43,959 bases of DNA, taken from a virus. Its lineage: Duplodnaviria; Heunggongvirae; Uroviricota; Caudoviricetes. Every line of letters starts with the position of its first letter. Positions within the stretch are counted from its first letter, which is position 1. The notes under the pieces were generated by a model that saw only the letters and a list, made by a program, of their open reading frames with translations, searched no databases and was not told where the DNA came from. Positions 1 to 10,789 of the stretch are shown here, piece by piece. A program made the position numbers and the translations under genes. Location of the stretch: the IMG/VR virus record IMGVR_UViG_2925914267_000003, positions 1 to 43,959 of that record, one strand, 5' to 3'.

Positions 1-657
1 ATGAAAAAAAACACAGATGATGGGGCTAAAATTTACACACCACTTACCCTAAAGCTTTATGACTGGTGGGTTTTGGGAGTATCAAATCGGCTTGCATGGG
101 GATGCCCTACAAAGGAACACCTTCTTCCACACTTTCTGGAACATTTAGGTAACAACCATCTGGATATTGGTGTTGGCACTGGGTTTTACCTTACTCACGT
201 ACCTGAGAGTAGTCTGATATCTTTAATGGATTTGAACGAAGCTAGCCTGAACGCGGCATCTACAAGGGCTGGGGAATCAAAAATTAAACATAAAATTAGC
301 CATGATGTTTTTGAACCTTATCCCGCGGCGTTACATGGTCAATTTGATTCCATTTCCATGTTTTACCTTCTTCACTGCCTGCCTGGAAATATATCTACAA
401 AAAGCTGTGTAATACGCAATGCGGCGCAGGCCTTAACTGACGATGGAACTCTATACGGAGCCACAATTCTTGGCGATGGAGTTGTGCACAATAGCTTCGG
501 TCAAAAACTGATGCGCATTTACAATCAGAAAGGCATCTTTTCAAACACAAAAGATTCCGAAGAAGGCTTAACACATATACTCTCAGAGCATTTCGAGAAT
601 GTTAAAACCAAGGTTCAAGGTACTGTAGTAATGTTTTCCGCTTCAGGGAAAAAATAG
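1..657 (+). CDS. class I SAM-dependent methyltransferase, substrate unknown
   Basis: 218-aa track ORF; glycine-rich SAM-binding motif LDIGVGTGFY; no DPPY/NPPY or C5-cytosine MTase motifs, so not an obvious DNA methyltransferase; convergent to the tail-fibre genes. Confidence 0.55.
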   Translation: MKKNTDDGAKIYTPLTLKLYDWWVLGVSNRLAWGCPTKEHLLPHFLEHLGNNHLDIGVGTGFYLTHVPESSLISLMDLNEASLNAASTRAGESKIKHKISHDVFEPYPAALHGQFDSISMFYLLHCLPGNISTKSCVIRNAAQALTDDGTLYGATILGDGVVHNSFGQKLMRIYNQKGIFSNTKDSEEGLTHILSEHFENVKTKVQGTVVMFSASGKK

Positions 658-664
658 CATCCAA

Positions 665-697
665 CCGCAGCACGTTCTTGCTTAAGACGTGCTGCGG
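665..697. terminator. hairpin between convergent genes (putative bidirectional terminator)
   Basis: 11-bp perfect inverted repeat ccgcagcacgt / acgtgctgcgg with 11-nt loop, A-run just upstream on + strand; sits between the stop of 1-657 (+) and the stop of tfa (-). Confidence 0.4.
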
Positions 698-711
698 CAT
701 AATCCCAATGA

Positions 712-1296
712 TTACTCCCTGACAGGGTTCGTAGGCCACTCAATATCAGGTGCAGTTGATGTATCAACACGGTTCAGCAACACCCGATACTTTTTCCAGG
801 CTTCCAGCAACGAGATTTCTTCCTCCGTTGCAATTTCCAGATCTGCAGCATCCTGAAGCGGCGCAATATACTCACTGGCTACCTGCATCAGGCTGTTTTT
901 TGTTTCTTCTGCCTCCCGGATCCGGAACAGTTTTTCTGCTTCCGTATCCTTCACCCAGGCTGTGCCGTTCCACTTCTGATATTCCCCTTCCGGGGATAAC
1001 CAGGTGACATTTTCCGGTAACGAGCCAAGTTCAGAAATAAATAACGCGTCGCCGGAAGCCACGTCATAGACGGTTTTTCCCCGATGATCTTCAACGAGAT
1101 GCCACGATGCCTCATCACTATTGAAAACAGCCACAAAGCCAGCCGGAATATCTGGCGGTGCAATATCGGTACTGTTTGCTGGCAGACCTGTATGAGGCGG
1201 AATATATGCATCACCTTCACCAATAAATTCATTAGTTCCGGACAGCAGATTATAAATTTTTATGGTCCGTGGTTGTTCACTCATTCTGAATGCCAT
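712..1296 (-). CDS. tfa: tail fibre assembly protein Tfa
   Basis: 194-aa ORF directly downstream of stf with start/stop overlap; sequence recognised as lambda-type Tfa (from memory). Confidence 0.85.
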   Translation of the reverse strand: MAFRMSEQPRTIKIYNLLSGTNEFIGEGDAYIPPHTGLPANSTDIAPPDIPAGFVAVFNSDEASWHLVEDHRGKTVYDVASGDALFISELGSLPENVTWLSPEGEYQKWNGTAWVKDTEAEKLFRIREAEETKNSLMQVASEYIAPLQDAADLEIATEEEISLLEAWKKYRVLLNRVDTSTAPDIEWPTNPVRE

Positions 1297-4172
1297 TATG
1301 CAAGCCTCACAATATAGTTAAATGCGATGTTTTTGACGGTGTTTTCCGCGTTACCAGCAGCGTTAACGGTGATTGTGTGTCCATGTGAGCCAATCGCAAC
1401 AGAGTGCGTATGAGCACCAATACCGACAGTATGCGTGTGTGCACCTGCGCTTGCAGCAGTACCCGATACAAAGTGCGTATGAGCGCCTGCAGAAGGAGGG
1501 ATAGAGCTGTATCTAGAATAATCAGGTGCTCCACTTCCCGGAGCCCCCCTGGAACCGGCTGAAGCAGCCGTACCGCTAACACTATGGGTATGCGCCCCGG
1601 TGTTATTCGTGGATTTAGTGCCGTAATCAAACGATGATGTGGTTTTCGTCCCCAAATCCGTACTGGATGCGCTGGCGCTGTGGGTGTGCGATTTAATGCC
1701 GTCCTGTTCCTGAGACAATACGGCACGACCACTAGCGGGTTTGCCCTTAATCGTCCAGCCACGCATATCAGGGATCACGCCTGACGGATAAGCGGCTGCA
1801 AGTTTCGGGTATGCAGATTTGTCAAAAGTCTGCCCCTGCATCAGGGCATAGCCAGACGGAACGGTATCTGATGGCCACGGGATTGGTGCGCCAGGCGGAT
1901 AAAACTGCTCTGATGGCGTATAGAGTGAATAAACTGTACCGTCCGTTAACCCTTCCGGCTTATTAGCAGAATATGCTGGTGACGTATGAATCGTCACGCT
2001 GGCATTACTGGTATAATCCCATTGAATATTTACACCAGTCGCATAATTTCCGATTGCAACGTAAATATCGTAAGTATCACCAGATGTATTGACCCAGGCA
2101 AAATTTGTAAACCCTGTCGATGTGCGCTGCCATAAAGCACCAGTAATCCCCTTCGGATTACCATTACCTGCACGCAAAACAAGTTCAGATATACCTGCCT
2201 GTTGAGGTGACCCCACGTTAAATCCCGCGCCACCAATCAACGTAATTGAAACAACAGAACTCGCCTGTGGCATGGTTACCGTTGCTAATTTGAACCAACC
2301 AGCACCACCGCTGAATGACATTGTTGTTGAGTTAAGCGTACCAATATCTTTCGGCGTCAGTGTTATATCCGCTGAAAGCTCCTTACCATTCACCTTACGG
2401 GCAGAAGGTACCCGACCATTCGCATTATCATTAGCTGCTTTCACTGCTTTCGGTGTCGCGGCAAGCGTTTCAGATGCGCTGTTGGTTGCACTACTGAGCT
2501 GGACAATTCCTTTTTGTGCTGTCGTAGCGTCATGAGCAGTATATTTCCCGTTAGCAAGGTCATAGGCTGCCTTTACCGACTTTGGCGTTGCCGCCAGCAT
2601 TTCAGATGTGCTGTTGGTCGCGCTGCTAAGCTGAACTATCCCTTTCTGTGCTGTCGTTGCATCCTGAGCGGTATATTTCCCGTTAGCCAGCTCATACGCG
2701 GCCTTAACGGCTTTTGGCGTTGCCGCCAGTGACTCGGAAGTGCTGTTAGTCGCGCTGCTGAGCTGTACTATCCCCTTTTTCGTCGTGCTCGCATCCTCAA
2801 GCGCCACGGCGGATGCAATATCCTCTGCCCGTTTTGCTGCTGTCTCGGCGCGCGTTGCCGCGGATTCCGCCGTACTCTTGCTCTGAGCTGCCGCCGTCGC
2901 ACTGCCAGCTGCCTCTGTCGCCTTCGTGGATGCCGTCGTGGCACTGCCCTTCGCTGCTGATGCTTGTCTGGTCGCCTCATCTTTTGAAGCAGACGCAGAT
3001 GATGCCGATGACGCCGCCGAACTGGCGGACGATGCGGCAGCCGTTTTTGAGGATTCTGCGCTGGTTTCCGACGCTTTCGCGTTCGTCTCGGATGTCTTCG
3101 CTGCGGAAGCAGACCTCGCTGCTGCGCTGGCCTGTTCAGTGGCTTCGCCAGCCTTCGTTGTGGCTGTTGAAGCGGACGATGCGGCGCTTTCTGCCGATTT
3201 TCCGGCGGAGCTAGCACTGGCTGAGGCCTGCCCGGCACTTGTTGACGCTGCACTGGCAGACGACGCAGCCGCTGTTTTTGAGCCTGCCGCAGCTGAGGCG
3301 CTCTGTCCCGCTGCCGTTTCAGAAGACTTAGCGTTCGTCTCGGACGTTTTTGCCGCCTTCGCAGAATTTGCTGCCGCCGTTGCCGAGGAAGCGGCACTAC
3401 TGGCGCTCGAGGCTGTGTTCGTTTCTGATGATTTTGCCGCCTCTTTTGAAGCCGACGCATCCCGTGCTGAAGTGGCTGCTTCTGACGCTTTCGTGGTCGC
3501 GGTGGATGCAGAAGTGGCGGCTGATTGTTGTGACGCTGCCGCATTCGTTTCTGACGTTTTCGCCGCACCGGCACTGGTAGCCGCCGCGCTTTTTGAGGAC
3601 TCTGCAGCAGCAGCACTTTTCGATGCTTCACTGGCCTTTGTTGATGCCGTTCCTGCGCTGGAAGATGCTGACTGAGCAGATGATGCAGCCTGTCCGGCTG
3701 ACGTTCTGGCGGCACGAGCTGAGCCTGCAGCATCGGTTGCATGAGTTGCCGCCTCACTGGCAGATGTGCGGGCATCACTGGCTGACTTCTTCGCGGCTGC
3801 CGTGTTCTGTGCCACTGCGGACGCGTTACGCGCCACCTCTTCCACCATCAGTTCAAAACGTCGCAATGCCTCCGGACGGGCATCATCCTCCGTCATGGCA
3901 CCGAGAAAATCATTCAGCGTACCGGGTTGAGAATCTTCATACACGGTGATGGTCCCGGCATGTGACGGCGGGAATCCCTCCACCAACAGAATAACGCTGT
4001 ACTGACCGTACTCAACGTCCATGCTGTAACGCCCGGCTTCATCCGGATTTTCTGAGGCCAGCGTGTTCACCACCACCGTGGTGCTGTTACGTTTTGCTTT
4101 CAGCTGGATTGTGCAGTTCTGTACCGGTTTTCCTGTGCCGTCTTTCAGTACACCTGAAATCTTTACTGCCAT
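1296..4172 (-). CDS. stf: side tail fibre protein Stf
   Basis: 958-aa ORF; lambda-Stf-like N-terminus ([17 protein letters not shown]...), long Ala/Ser/Thr-rich low-complexity shaft, three 44-aa tandem repeats, His/Gly-rich C-terminal (GAHTHSVSG...) motif typical of side tail fibres. Confidence 0.85.
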   Translation of the reverse strand: MAVKISGVLKDGTGKPVQNCTIQLKAKRNSTTVVVNTLASENPDEAGRYSMDVEYGQYSVILLVEGFPPSHAGTITVYEDSQPGTLNDFLGAMTEDDARPEALRRFELMVEEVARNASAVAQNTAAAKKSASDARTSASEAATHATDAAGSARAARTSAGQAASSAQSASSSAGTASTKASEASKSAAAAESSKSAAATSAGAAKTSETNAAASQQSAATSASTATTKASEAATSARDASASKEAAKSSETNTASSASSAASSATAAANSAKAAKTSETNAKSSETAAGQSASAAAGSKTAAASSASAASTSAGQASASASSAGKSAESAASSASTATTKAGEATEQASAAARSASAAKTSETNAKASETSAESSKTAAASSASSAASSASSASASKDEATRQASAAKGSATTASTKATEAAGSATAAAQSKSTAESAATRAETAAKRAEDIASAVALEDASTTKKGIVQLSSATNSTSESLAATPKAVKAAYELANGKYTAQDATTAQKGIVQLSSATNSTSEMLAATPKSVKAAYDLANGKYTAHDATTAQKGIVQLSSATNSASETLAATPKAVKAANDNANGRVPSARKVNGKELSADITLTPKDIGTLNSTTMSFSGGAGWFKLATVTMPQASSVVSITLIGGAGFNVGSPQQAGISELVLRAGNGNPKGITGALWQRTSTGFTNFAWVNTSGDTYDIYVAIGNYATGVNIQWDYTSNASVTIHTSPAYSANKPEGLTDGTVYSLYTPSEQFYPPGAPIPWPSDTVPSGYALMQGQTFDKSAYPKLAAAYPSGVIPDMRGWTIKGKPASGRAVLSQEQDGIKSHTHSASASSTDLGTKTTSSFDYGTKSTNNTGAHTHSVSGTAASAGSRGAPGSGAPDYSRYSSIPPSAGAHTHFVSGTAASAGAHTHTVGIGAHTHSVAIGSHGHTITVNAAGNAENTVKNIAFNYIVRLA
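2478..2810 (-). repeat. about 2.5 tandem copies of a 132-bp (44-aa) coding repeat inside stf
   Basis: repeat starts near 2478, 2610, 2742; encoded peptide [19 protein letters not shown](M/T/S)LAATPK(A/S)VKAA(Y/N)(E/D)LANGKYTA(Q/H)DA repeated three times. Confidence 0.7.
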
Positions 4173-4182
4173 ATTCCCCCCA

Positions 4183-4210
4183 CAAAAAAGCCCGCCTGAA
4201 CCGGCGGGCT
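4183..4210 (-). terminator. rho-independent terminator after lom
   Basis: 8-bp stem agcccgcc/ggcgggct with 6-nt loop, followed on the minus strand by a U-run (A-run 4184-4189 on +); between lom stop and stf start. Confidence 0.55.
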
Positions 4211-4236
4211 GTCATAACACTGTGTTACCTGGCTAA

Positions 4237-4836
4237 TCAGAATTTATAACCGACACCCACGATGAAACCGTCAGTGCGCCAGTCGCCACTGCCGGAGCCT
4301 TCATAAGCAATATCAATGGCCACGGATTCGGTCGGGTTAAACTGCACGCCAGCTCCCCACGCCAGAGACGTGTTGCTGTGGCGACCGTCATCACTTCCGG
4401 TCAGCACGTCGTGCGTTTTCCCCTTGTTGTCAGTTACGCGGAGATAATCCCCGGAGAAAGTCGACACACGGCTGTAAGCCACACCCGCCATCGCATACGC
4501 GCTGAACCATTCATTCACGCGCACAGACGGCCCCACCATCACACTGAACCAGCGGTTACGCACGGAATCTTCATGCCAGCGGGTATCGCTGTAACGGGTA
4601 AGCTGGCGATTCTTGTCTTCTGCATAGCTGAATGACGTCACCATTCCCAGCGTGTCCGTAAACTCATAACGGTATTTCACGTTAATCCCGTTCAGATTAT
4701 CGCTGCCGGGAGCGTTCGTACGGGCATGAAGATACCCCGCGCTCAGTGTGGACTGATGTTCAGACGCCCATGCAGGCGCACCGGATACGGACAGACAGAT
4801 GGCTGCGGACAGAATAACAGCACATAATTTACGCAT
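4237..4836 (-). CDS. lom: outer membrane protein Lom (Ail/Lom family)
   Basis: 199-aa ORF with signal peptide, recognised as essentially identical to lambda Lom (from memory); GAGG SD upstream; located between J and stf as in lambda. Confidence 0.9.
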   Translation of the reverse strand: MRKLCAVILSAAICLSVSGAPAWASEHQSTLSAGYLHARTNAPGSDNLNGINVKYRYEFTDTLGMVTSFSYAEDKNRQLTRYSDTRWHEDSVRNRWFSVMVGPSVRVNEWFSAYAMAGVAYSRVSTFSGDYLRVTDNKGKTHDVLTGSDDGRHSNTSLAWGAGVQFNPTESVAIDIAYEGSGSGDWRTDGFIVGVGYKF

Positions 4837-4858
4837 AATTACCTCTCGCTTTTCTGCA

Positions 4859-4884
4859 ATAAAAAAGGCGCCATTTCTGGCGCC
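4859..4884 (-). terminator. rho-independent terminator after J
   Basis: stem ggcgcc / ggcgcc with loop atttct, followed on the minus strand by U-run (A-run 4859-4866 on +). Confidence 0.55.
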
Positions 4885-4903
4885 CGTATATGGATTATAA
4901 AAT

Positions 4904-7900
4904 TCAGCTGATACTGATGCCTGCGGTGGCTTTCTTCATCACCACAACCAGCAAATCGCTGATACTTGCTGTGGGATACCAGTTATTCACCAGCCATGCT
5001 GATACCGAAAACTCCAGCGTCATGTGACCGTGACCGGCAGGCATATCAATAACGCCACTGTAAATCAGCGTATTATCCAGCGCGGTACGGTTATAAATTT
5101 CAGCACCGTTTTTCCGCACTATCAGACGGCATGAGGAGTAAATATCAGTATGCTCTCTCTTATGCTTAGCGCCACTGAATGCCACCGCCGGAATAACAAT
5201 TTGCCTGTCAAAAGGCTGATCGTCATAAATCCTGACGGTAATGGTCCCTGATGGCCACCGCTCCGGTGCACGGGAGTCCCGGGGAAAAGCCTTACCCACT
5301 GTTTTGACAATATCGCCTTCAATCTGGTTGGCGGACAATTTTCCCAGAACCCGGCAGCTCTCGTTAATCGTGACGTTGTTGAGCGTCCCGGAGTTCGCAT
5401 TCACGTTACCGCTGATATCGGCATTTTTCGCCGTCAGCCGCCCGTCCGGTGTCAGGGAAAATGCCGGAGGATTACCGCCGCTGGTAATGGTCGGAGCCGT
5501 CAGGCGTTTCAGGAACACGTCGTTCATGAATATCTGATCGCCCTGACCAACAAACATCGGCTTTGTGTTGCCATTCGCAGGATTAATCATCGCAATCCTG
5601 TCTGCCGCCAGCAGCACCTGACTCTGCATGCCGTCGGGGGTGTTCTCAATACCGGCACCGATACCCGCAATATAAAGGCGTCCGTCCTGCATCTGCTGCA
5701 GTTTCACGGCCCACATGCTGTTCAGGTTATTATTTGTATCAACCTGAACCTTCTGTATCTGCTGGATTGCCGCACTCTGATTTTCCAGTTTCTTATTGAC
5801 GGTCTGTGTGATTTCATTGCTGACATCCGTAATGGACGTCCTGATTTCAGCCAGGTCAGGCGCAAGCTGACCGTTATCAATCTGCGTCCACAACTCCTGA
5901 GCCAGATGGGTTTTCCCTATCTCGCCTTTGAAAAAATCCAGATAGCCGGAAGCATCATCACTCGGCCGACCAACAGCCTCCACGAATGCCGATTTGCCAA
6001 CGGTGTTCACACTGCGAACGTAAAAATAATAATCATGGCCCGGCCTGATATTGATACTGGCGGCTATCCAGTACAGCGCCGCACCAAGATAACGCGCGCT
6101 GGTTTCAACCTGCCTGATATCCGCAATCCGCTTTTCCGAGAACCAGAACTCAAACTGTACCGTCGGATCATAAACCGCAAGATGCGGCGTGGCGGTTATC
6201 TGAAAATACCCCGGCGTCAGCTCAATCCGCGACGGTGCTGCCGGTGCGGCAATCCGGAACGATACCGATGCCGGATCGCCCTGCTGTCCCCACGCATTTA
6301 CCGCCCGGACTGTCAGCCTGTAGTTCCCCAGCGCCAGCTGCCTGAAGCGGTATGTGGTTTCCGTCGTCCTGGCCGTGCTGACCAGCCGCTCACTGCCGTC
6401 ATCGGCGGCCACGGTCAGGCGAAGCATAAAGCTCACACCCTTCACCACCTTCGGCGTGTCCCAGCGCGCCAGCACCTGGTATTCACCGCTGTCTGCGGTG
6501 ACTTCTGCGGTCAGGTGCTGCACTGCTGGCGGCGTGACACCATTCACCGTGCCGCTCTGGTCGCCGTCAAAGTGCGCCCCGTTATCCACGATGGCCTCTT
6601 TTTCCGGTACATGCTGCACGGCGGTGATGGCATACGTGCCGTCATCGTTCTCACGGATACTCACGCAGCGGAACAGGCGCTGGCGCAGCGTCAGCAGCTT
6701 CAGCCCCCACACGCTGTATCCGGCAACGCCGTCAGGAACGCGGCTCACTTTCACCTTCACGCCGTCGGTGACGGACTGAACCTCCACGCTGACCGGACTC
6801 CCCTGCCCGTCAACCAGGCTTATCAGCGTGGTGCCGGAAGGTGGCAGCGTGATTTCACGGTCGAGCGTCAGCGTCCGGGTCTGGCTGTTTACCGCCAGCA
6901 CGCGCCCGCCGGTGCTGATACCGGCATAGTCATCATCGCAGATTTCAATGACATCGCCCGGTACATGGCGAAGCCCTTCGGCACCCACGCTGAAGTCCAC
7001 GGTCTGCGTTTCCAGCAGTTCTGTTTTAATCAGCCACAGCCCGGCGCGATGTGCCTGCCCCCGGCTGGTACAGCCAAAAGCATCCATCTTCGTGACGTTA
7101 CGACCGTAACGGGCAATGGCCTGCGTATCTTCAACAAGCTCTGTCGCCGTCTCCCAGCCGTTGTTCGGGTCAATCCAGTTCACCTCAACGGCATTATGGC
7201 GGTCCTTCAGGGCGCTGAAGCTGTAGCGGAACGGCGCGCCATCATCCGGCATCACCACATTACTGCGGTTATAGGTCCACACCTTATCTGATGGTCGGTC
7301 CTGCACGAACGTCAGCGTCTGCCCGTTCCATACCGGCATACAGCGCATCGCCGAGCAGAAATCACTGAGCACATCCCACGCCTTGCGCTGTGTGGTCAGG
7401 TACGCATTACAGGTGATGCGCGGCTCCGTGCCGCCAAAGCCGTCCGGCACTGACTGGTCGCAGTACTGGCCGATGACATACAGCGCCCATTTATCCACAT
7501 CCGCCGCACCAAGACGTTTCCCCATGCCGTAGCGCGGATGGGTCAGCATATCCCACAGACACCAGGCCATGTTGTTGCTGTATGCCGGTTTAAACGTTCC
7601 GTCCCAGATACCGCTGTATTGCCGCGTCTGCGGGTTATAATTCGACGGCACCTGCAGAATACGCCCGCGCAGATGATAATTACGGCTCACCTGCTGGCTG
7701 CCGAACTGCTCCGAGTCCACCTGCACGCCGACCAGTGCCGTGTTCGGGTAGCACTGTTTCACATCGATGATTTCGGTGTATGACGACCAGAGCGTTTTGT
7801 TCTGCAGCTGGTCTGTGGTGCTGTCCGGCGTCATCCTGCGCATCCGGATATTGAACGGGCGCGGCGGCAGGTTATCCACCACCACCGAGGCCAGATACTG

Positions 7901-8383
7901 CGAGGTGGTTTTGCCCTTAATGGTGATGTCTTTTTCCGTCACCCAGCCACCGTTACGCTGTATCTGAACCAACAGGCGGACTTCCGACGGATTCCTGTCT
8001 CCCTTTGAGGTGGTTTCCACCAGTGCCTGTACACCGAAGGTAAAGCGCAGACGGTCGATGTTTGCCGACGTGATGGTCCGGGTGATCGGCGTGTCATATT
8101 TCACTTCCGTACCCAGCACCGTCTCGGAGCCGGAGGATTCAAATCCCTCCGGCGGTGACTGCTCCTGCTCACCGGCCCGGAACACCACCGTGACGCCGGA
8201 TATATTGGTATTCCCCTCACTGTCCAGCACCGGCGTACTGTTCAGCAGCACGCTTTTTAATCCATCCACCGGACCTTCAACCGGCCCTTCGCTGATGGCA
8301 TCAATCACACTCAACAGCTGCGTGGATTTCAGGTTATCTTTCGCTTCGCGCGGGGTATGCCCCTTACTGCTGCCTTTACCCAT
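4904..8383 (-). CDS. J: tail tip / host specificity protein J (central tail fibre)
   Basis: 1159-aa ORF; N-terminal and central regions recognised as lambda J (from memory); position downstream of I. Confidence 0.9.
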   Translation of the reverse strand: MGKGSSKGHTPREAKDNLKSTQLLSVIDAISEGPVEGPVDGLKSVLLNSTPVLDSEGNTNISGVTVVFRAGEQEQSPPEGFESSGSETVLGTEVKYDTPITRTITSANIDRLRFTFGVQALVETTSKGDRNPSEVRLLVQIQRNGGWVTEKDITIKGKTTSQYLASVVVDNLPPRPFNIRMRRMTPDSTTDQLQNKTLWSSYTEIIDVKQCYPNTALVGVQVDSEQFGSQQVSRNYHLRGRILQVPSNYNPQTRQYSGIWDGTFKPAYSNNMAWCLWDMLTHPRYGMGKRLGAADVDKWALYVIGQYCDQSVPDGFGGTEPRITCNAYLTTQRKAWDVLSDFCSAMRCMPVWNGQTLTFVQDRPSDKVWTYNRSNVVMPDDGAPFRYSFSALKDRHNAVEVNWIDPNNGWETATELVEDTQAIARYGRNVTKMDAFGCTSRGQAHRAGLWLIKTELLETQTVDFSVGAEGLRHVPGDVIEICDDDYAGISTGGRVLAVNSQTRTLTLDREITLPPSGTTLISLVDGQGSPVSVEVQSVTDGVKVKVSRVPDGVAGYSVWGLKLLTLRQRLFRCVSIRENDDGTYAITAVQHVPEKEAIVDNGAHFDGDQSGTVNGVTPPAVQHLTAEVTADSGEYQVLARWDTPKVVKGVSFMLRLTVAADDGSERLVSTARTTETTYRFRQLALGNYRLTVRAVNAWGQQGDPASVSFRIAAPAAPSRIELTPGYFQITATPHLAVYDPTVQFEFWFSEKRIADIRQVETSARYLGAALYWIAASINIRPGHDYYFYVRSVNTVGKSAFVEAVGRPSDDASGYLDFFKGEIGKTHLAQELWTQIDNGQLAPDLAEIRTSITDVSNEITQTVNKKLENQSAAIQQIQKVQVDTNNNLNSMWAVKLQQMQDGRLYIAGIGAGIENTPDGMQSQVLLAADRIAMINPANGNTKPMFVGQGDQIFMNDVFLKRLTAPTITSGGNPPAFSLTPDGRLTAKNADISGNVNANSGTLNNVTINESCRVLGKLSANQIEGDIVKTVGKAFPRDSRAPERWPSGTITVRIYDDQPFDRQIVIPAVAFSGAKHKREHTDIYSSCRLIVRKNGAEIYNRTALDNTLIYSGVIDMPAGHGHMTLEFSVSAWLVNNWYPTASISDLLVVVMKKATAGISIS

Positions 8384-8443
8384 TCCTCACGCTCCATAAA
8401 CGACAAAACCGCCCGCAGGCGGTTTCACATAAAATATTTTGCA

Positions 8444-9115
8444 TCATCGACCAATCACCACAACCTGACCACCGTCCCCTTCATCTGCCGTGCTGATCTC
8501 CTGAGATACCACACGTGACCCCACGCGCATTTCACCATACAGAACAGGCAGAACATTGCCCTGGGCAACCATGTTATCCAGTGAGGAGAAATAGGTGTTC
8601 TGCTTACCGTTATCCGTTGTCTGTGTACGGGGAGTTCTGGCTTTCGGTGCCAGCATCTGCGCCACACCACCAAGTACCATACTGGCACCGAGAGAAAACA
8701 GGATACCGGTCATACCACCGGCCCCAATGGCTGCCCCCCATGCTGCAAGGGTGGCTCCGGCAGTAAAGAATGATCCTGCAATGGCGGCAGCCCCCAGAAC
8801 AATCTGGAATACGCCCCCTGACTTAGCCCCGGCGGCTCTGGGAACAATATGAATCACAGCGCCGTCAGGCAGAGTCTCATGTAACTGCGCCGTTAACCCG
8901 AACGTGCTGACGTCCCGCCCGGCAATCCGTACCTGATACCAGCCGTTGCTCAGTTTCTGACGAAACGCCGGGAGCTGTGTGGCCAGTGCGCGGATAGCTT
9001 CAGCCCCCGTTTTCACACGAAGGTCGATGCGGCGGCCAAATCGTTGTAAATCCCCGTAAAGGCAGATGCGCGCCATGCCCGGTGACGCCAGAGGGAGTGT
9101 GTGCGTCGCTGCCAT
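8444..9115 (-). CDS. I: tail assembly protein I
   Basis: 223-aa ORF recognised as lambda I; its first ~100 nt overlap the 3' end of K in another frame, as in lambda. Confidence 0.9.
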   Translation of the reverse strand: MAATHTLPLASPGMARICLYGDLQRFGRRIDLRVKTGAEAIRALATQLPAFRQKLSNGWYQVRIAGRDVSTFGLTAQLHETLPDGAVIHIVPRAAGAKSGGVFQIVLGAAAIAGSFFTAGATLAAWGAAIGAGGMTGILFSLGASMVLGGVAQMLAPKARTPRTQTTDNGKQNTYFSSLDNMVAQGNVLPVLYGEMRVGSRVVSQEISTADEGDGGQVVVIGR

Positions 9116-9756
9116 TTGTCGGTATACCTCTCTCGTTTGCTCAGTTGTTCAGGAATATGGTGCAGCAGCTCGCCGTCACCACAGTAAATGGCGGCATGAT
9201 TCGGCACCGATGAACCAAAGCAGCACAGCAGCACGTCGCCAGGCTGCGCCTCTGTCAGTGCGACACGGTAAAAACCAGTCGTCTCCATATTGTCAAGATA
9301 GAGATTCTGACCGTTACGCCACCAGTCATCCCCGCGATGAAAATCCGGCATCTCAATTCCCGCCAGATGGTAAGCGTCCCGGAACAGCGTGTAACAGTCC
9401 GTTACCCCGTGCTCAAAGCGCCGCCCGGTGAGATGCGGCACACAGCGGAATTTATGAATCGCCCCCCGGCAGACCAGCCACCACGGCAAATCACTCTGTA
9501 CCTGCAGCCGCCGGTCGGCCTCACTCAGCCAGGGCAGACCACCGGGGTGGCTGTGGACCAGCGCCACAATCTCTCCCTGCATTTCTGCACTCAGCCAGTC
9601 CTCCGGAGCCATCCGGAAATACGCCTCCGGCTCACCGGAGATATTCACGCAGGGAAAATAGCTTTCCCCCTCCGGCGTTCTCACCACGAAGCCGCACGAC
9701 TCCGCTGGCGCACATCGCCGGGCGTGCGCCAGAATCGCTGATTCTGTCTCTGTCAT
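9013..9756 (-). CDS. K: tail assembly protein K (JAB/MPN + NlpC/P60-like)
   Basis: 247-aa ORF with JAMM-type motif (E...HSHP) and a C-terminal Cys/His peptidase-like region; recognised as lambda K; starts 6 nt after L stop. Confidence 0.85.
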   Translation of the reverse strand: MTETESAILAHARRCAPAESCGFVVRTPEGESYFPCVNISGEPEAYFRMAPEDWLSAEMQGEIVALVHSHPGGLPWLSEADRRLQVQSDLPWWLVCRGAIHKFRCVPHLTGRRFEHGVTDCYTLFRDAYHLAGIEMPDFHRGDDWWRNGQNLYLDNMETTGFYRVALTEAQPGDVLLCCFGSSVPNHAAIYCGDGELLHHIPEQLSKRERYTDKWQRRTHSLWRHRAWRASAFTGIYNDLAAASTFV

Positions 9757-9761
9757 GGGAT

Positions 9762-10460
9762 TTACTGCGAAAGTTTGTTAATGGAAAGGAAGCTGCCAAA
9801 GTTGCCGACATTATTGCGAAACTTACAGCCACTCAGGCATTTGCTGCATTTATCCTTCGTGATATCGGACGTTGGCTGGTCATATTCATCCGCGACCGCC
9901 GGACCGTGATAACCGCACTCATCGCCGCGATAGGTCCAGGTGCAGGTGTTGGTCAGCATGATACGTCCCGGAAAAACAGCGCCGTCCGTTTCCGTCGGCG
10001 TGGACAGTACAAAAGAGGCACTCACCGCGCTCAGTTCGCTGCACTGCTCAATGCGCCAGCGGCTGATCACCTCCTGCTCCGGATCGGCGTCACTGTTTCC
10101 GTTGACGAAGTTCACCGCATCCAGAAAACGGGCGTAAACCTTACGCCTGACCACCGTTCCGCCGACCAGACTCTGCAGATCTTCCGCCATCCCCGTGACC
10201 ATGCCGTGCAGGTTAGAAACCGTCAGTGTCGGACGGGCAGCACTGCCCTTGCCGTTCAGTTCAAATCCCGTCCCCTGAATGGGGTATGCCTGATACTGCC
10301 GCCCCTGCCAGGTAACCGGCTCACCTTTTTCGTTCTGCTCATTACAGAAAAAATAACGTTCTCCACCGACCTCTGTCAGGTCGATTTCCCAGAGCACCAC
10401 GCTGGCCGACTGCTCCGCACGGGTGCATTCATTCAGTGTTTCCTGCCGGATATCCTGCAT
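9762..10460 (-). CDS. L: minor tail protein L
   Basis: 232-aa ORF recognised as lambda L, including C-terminal cysteine cluster (CSKCLSGC). Confidence 0.9.
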   Translation of the reverse strand: MQDIRQETLNECTRAEQSASVVLWEIDLTEVGGERYFFCNEQNEKGEPVTWQGRQYQAYPIQGTGFELNGKGSAARPTLTVSNLHGMVTGMAEDLQSLVGGTVVRRKVYARFLDAVNFVNGNSDADPEQEVISRWRIEQCSELSAVSASFVLSTPTETDGAVFPGRIMLTNTCTWTYRGDECGYHGPAVADEYDQPTSDITKDKCSKCLSGCKFRNNVGNFGSFLSINKLSQ

Positions 10461-10789
10461 CAGTTCACCACCTGTTCAAACTCTGCGCTGAACTCAACAC
10501 GCAGCATACTGACCCGCGACGACCATTTTGCGCAGGTCACCTTTATCTGCCGCCACTCATAAGGCGGCGTCCACAGAAAGGATTTCCAGCCCCCGTGCTC
10601 TTCCAGAAACGACTCCAGTACCGTGGCCTCCTCACGGGGGACAGAAAGCGTCACGCTGTACGTTTTCAGGTTGGCATTCAACCCGGCAGGCGCTCGCTGG
10701 GAATAGCCATCACCAAAGCGCACCTTTCTTACAGAAGGGACCGAAGCCACATCCATACCGGGTTTCACTTTCCAGCGGAAGGTCTTCAT
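10460..10789 (-). CDS. M: minor tail protein M
   Basis: 109-aa ORF recognised as lambda M; overlaps H stop and L start. Confidence 0.9.
   Translation of the reverse strand: MKTFRWKVKPGMDVASVPSVRKVRFGDGYSQRAPAGLNANLKTYSVTLSVPREEATVLESFLEEHGGWKSFLWTPPYEWRQIKVTCAKWSSRVSMLRVEFSAEFEQVVN

Noticed and set aside
1-657. Methyltransferase as half of a restriction-modification system
   Set aside because: No DNA-MTase catalytic motif and no adjacent endonuclease candidate; the neighbouring gene is the tail fibre assembly protein
2478-2810. Possible CRISPR array, considered for the stf tandem repeats and the ori iterons at 35320-35482
   Set aside because: Repeats are in-frame coding repeats (132 bp, no unique spacers) or short iterons with irregular spacing; no cas genes in the window
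2768-3778. 336-aa Arg/Gln-rich ORF on the minus strand, and the 249-aa Ala/Asp-rich + strand ORF at 2926-3675
   Set aside because: Both lie within stf; they are alternative-frame and antisense readings of the GC-rich low-complexity repeat region, with extreme composition and no start signals
5906-7291. 461-aa ORF on the + strand inside J
   Set aside because: Antisense to a strongly supported J coding sequence; Arg/Pro/Gly-rich composition typical of spurious ORFs in GC-rich DNA
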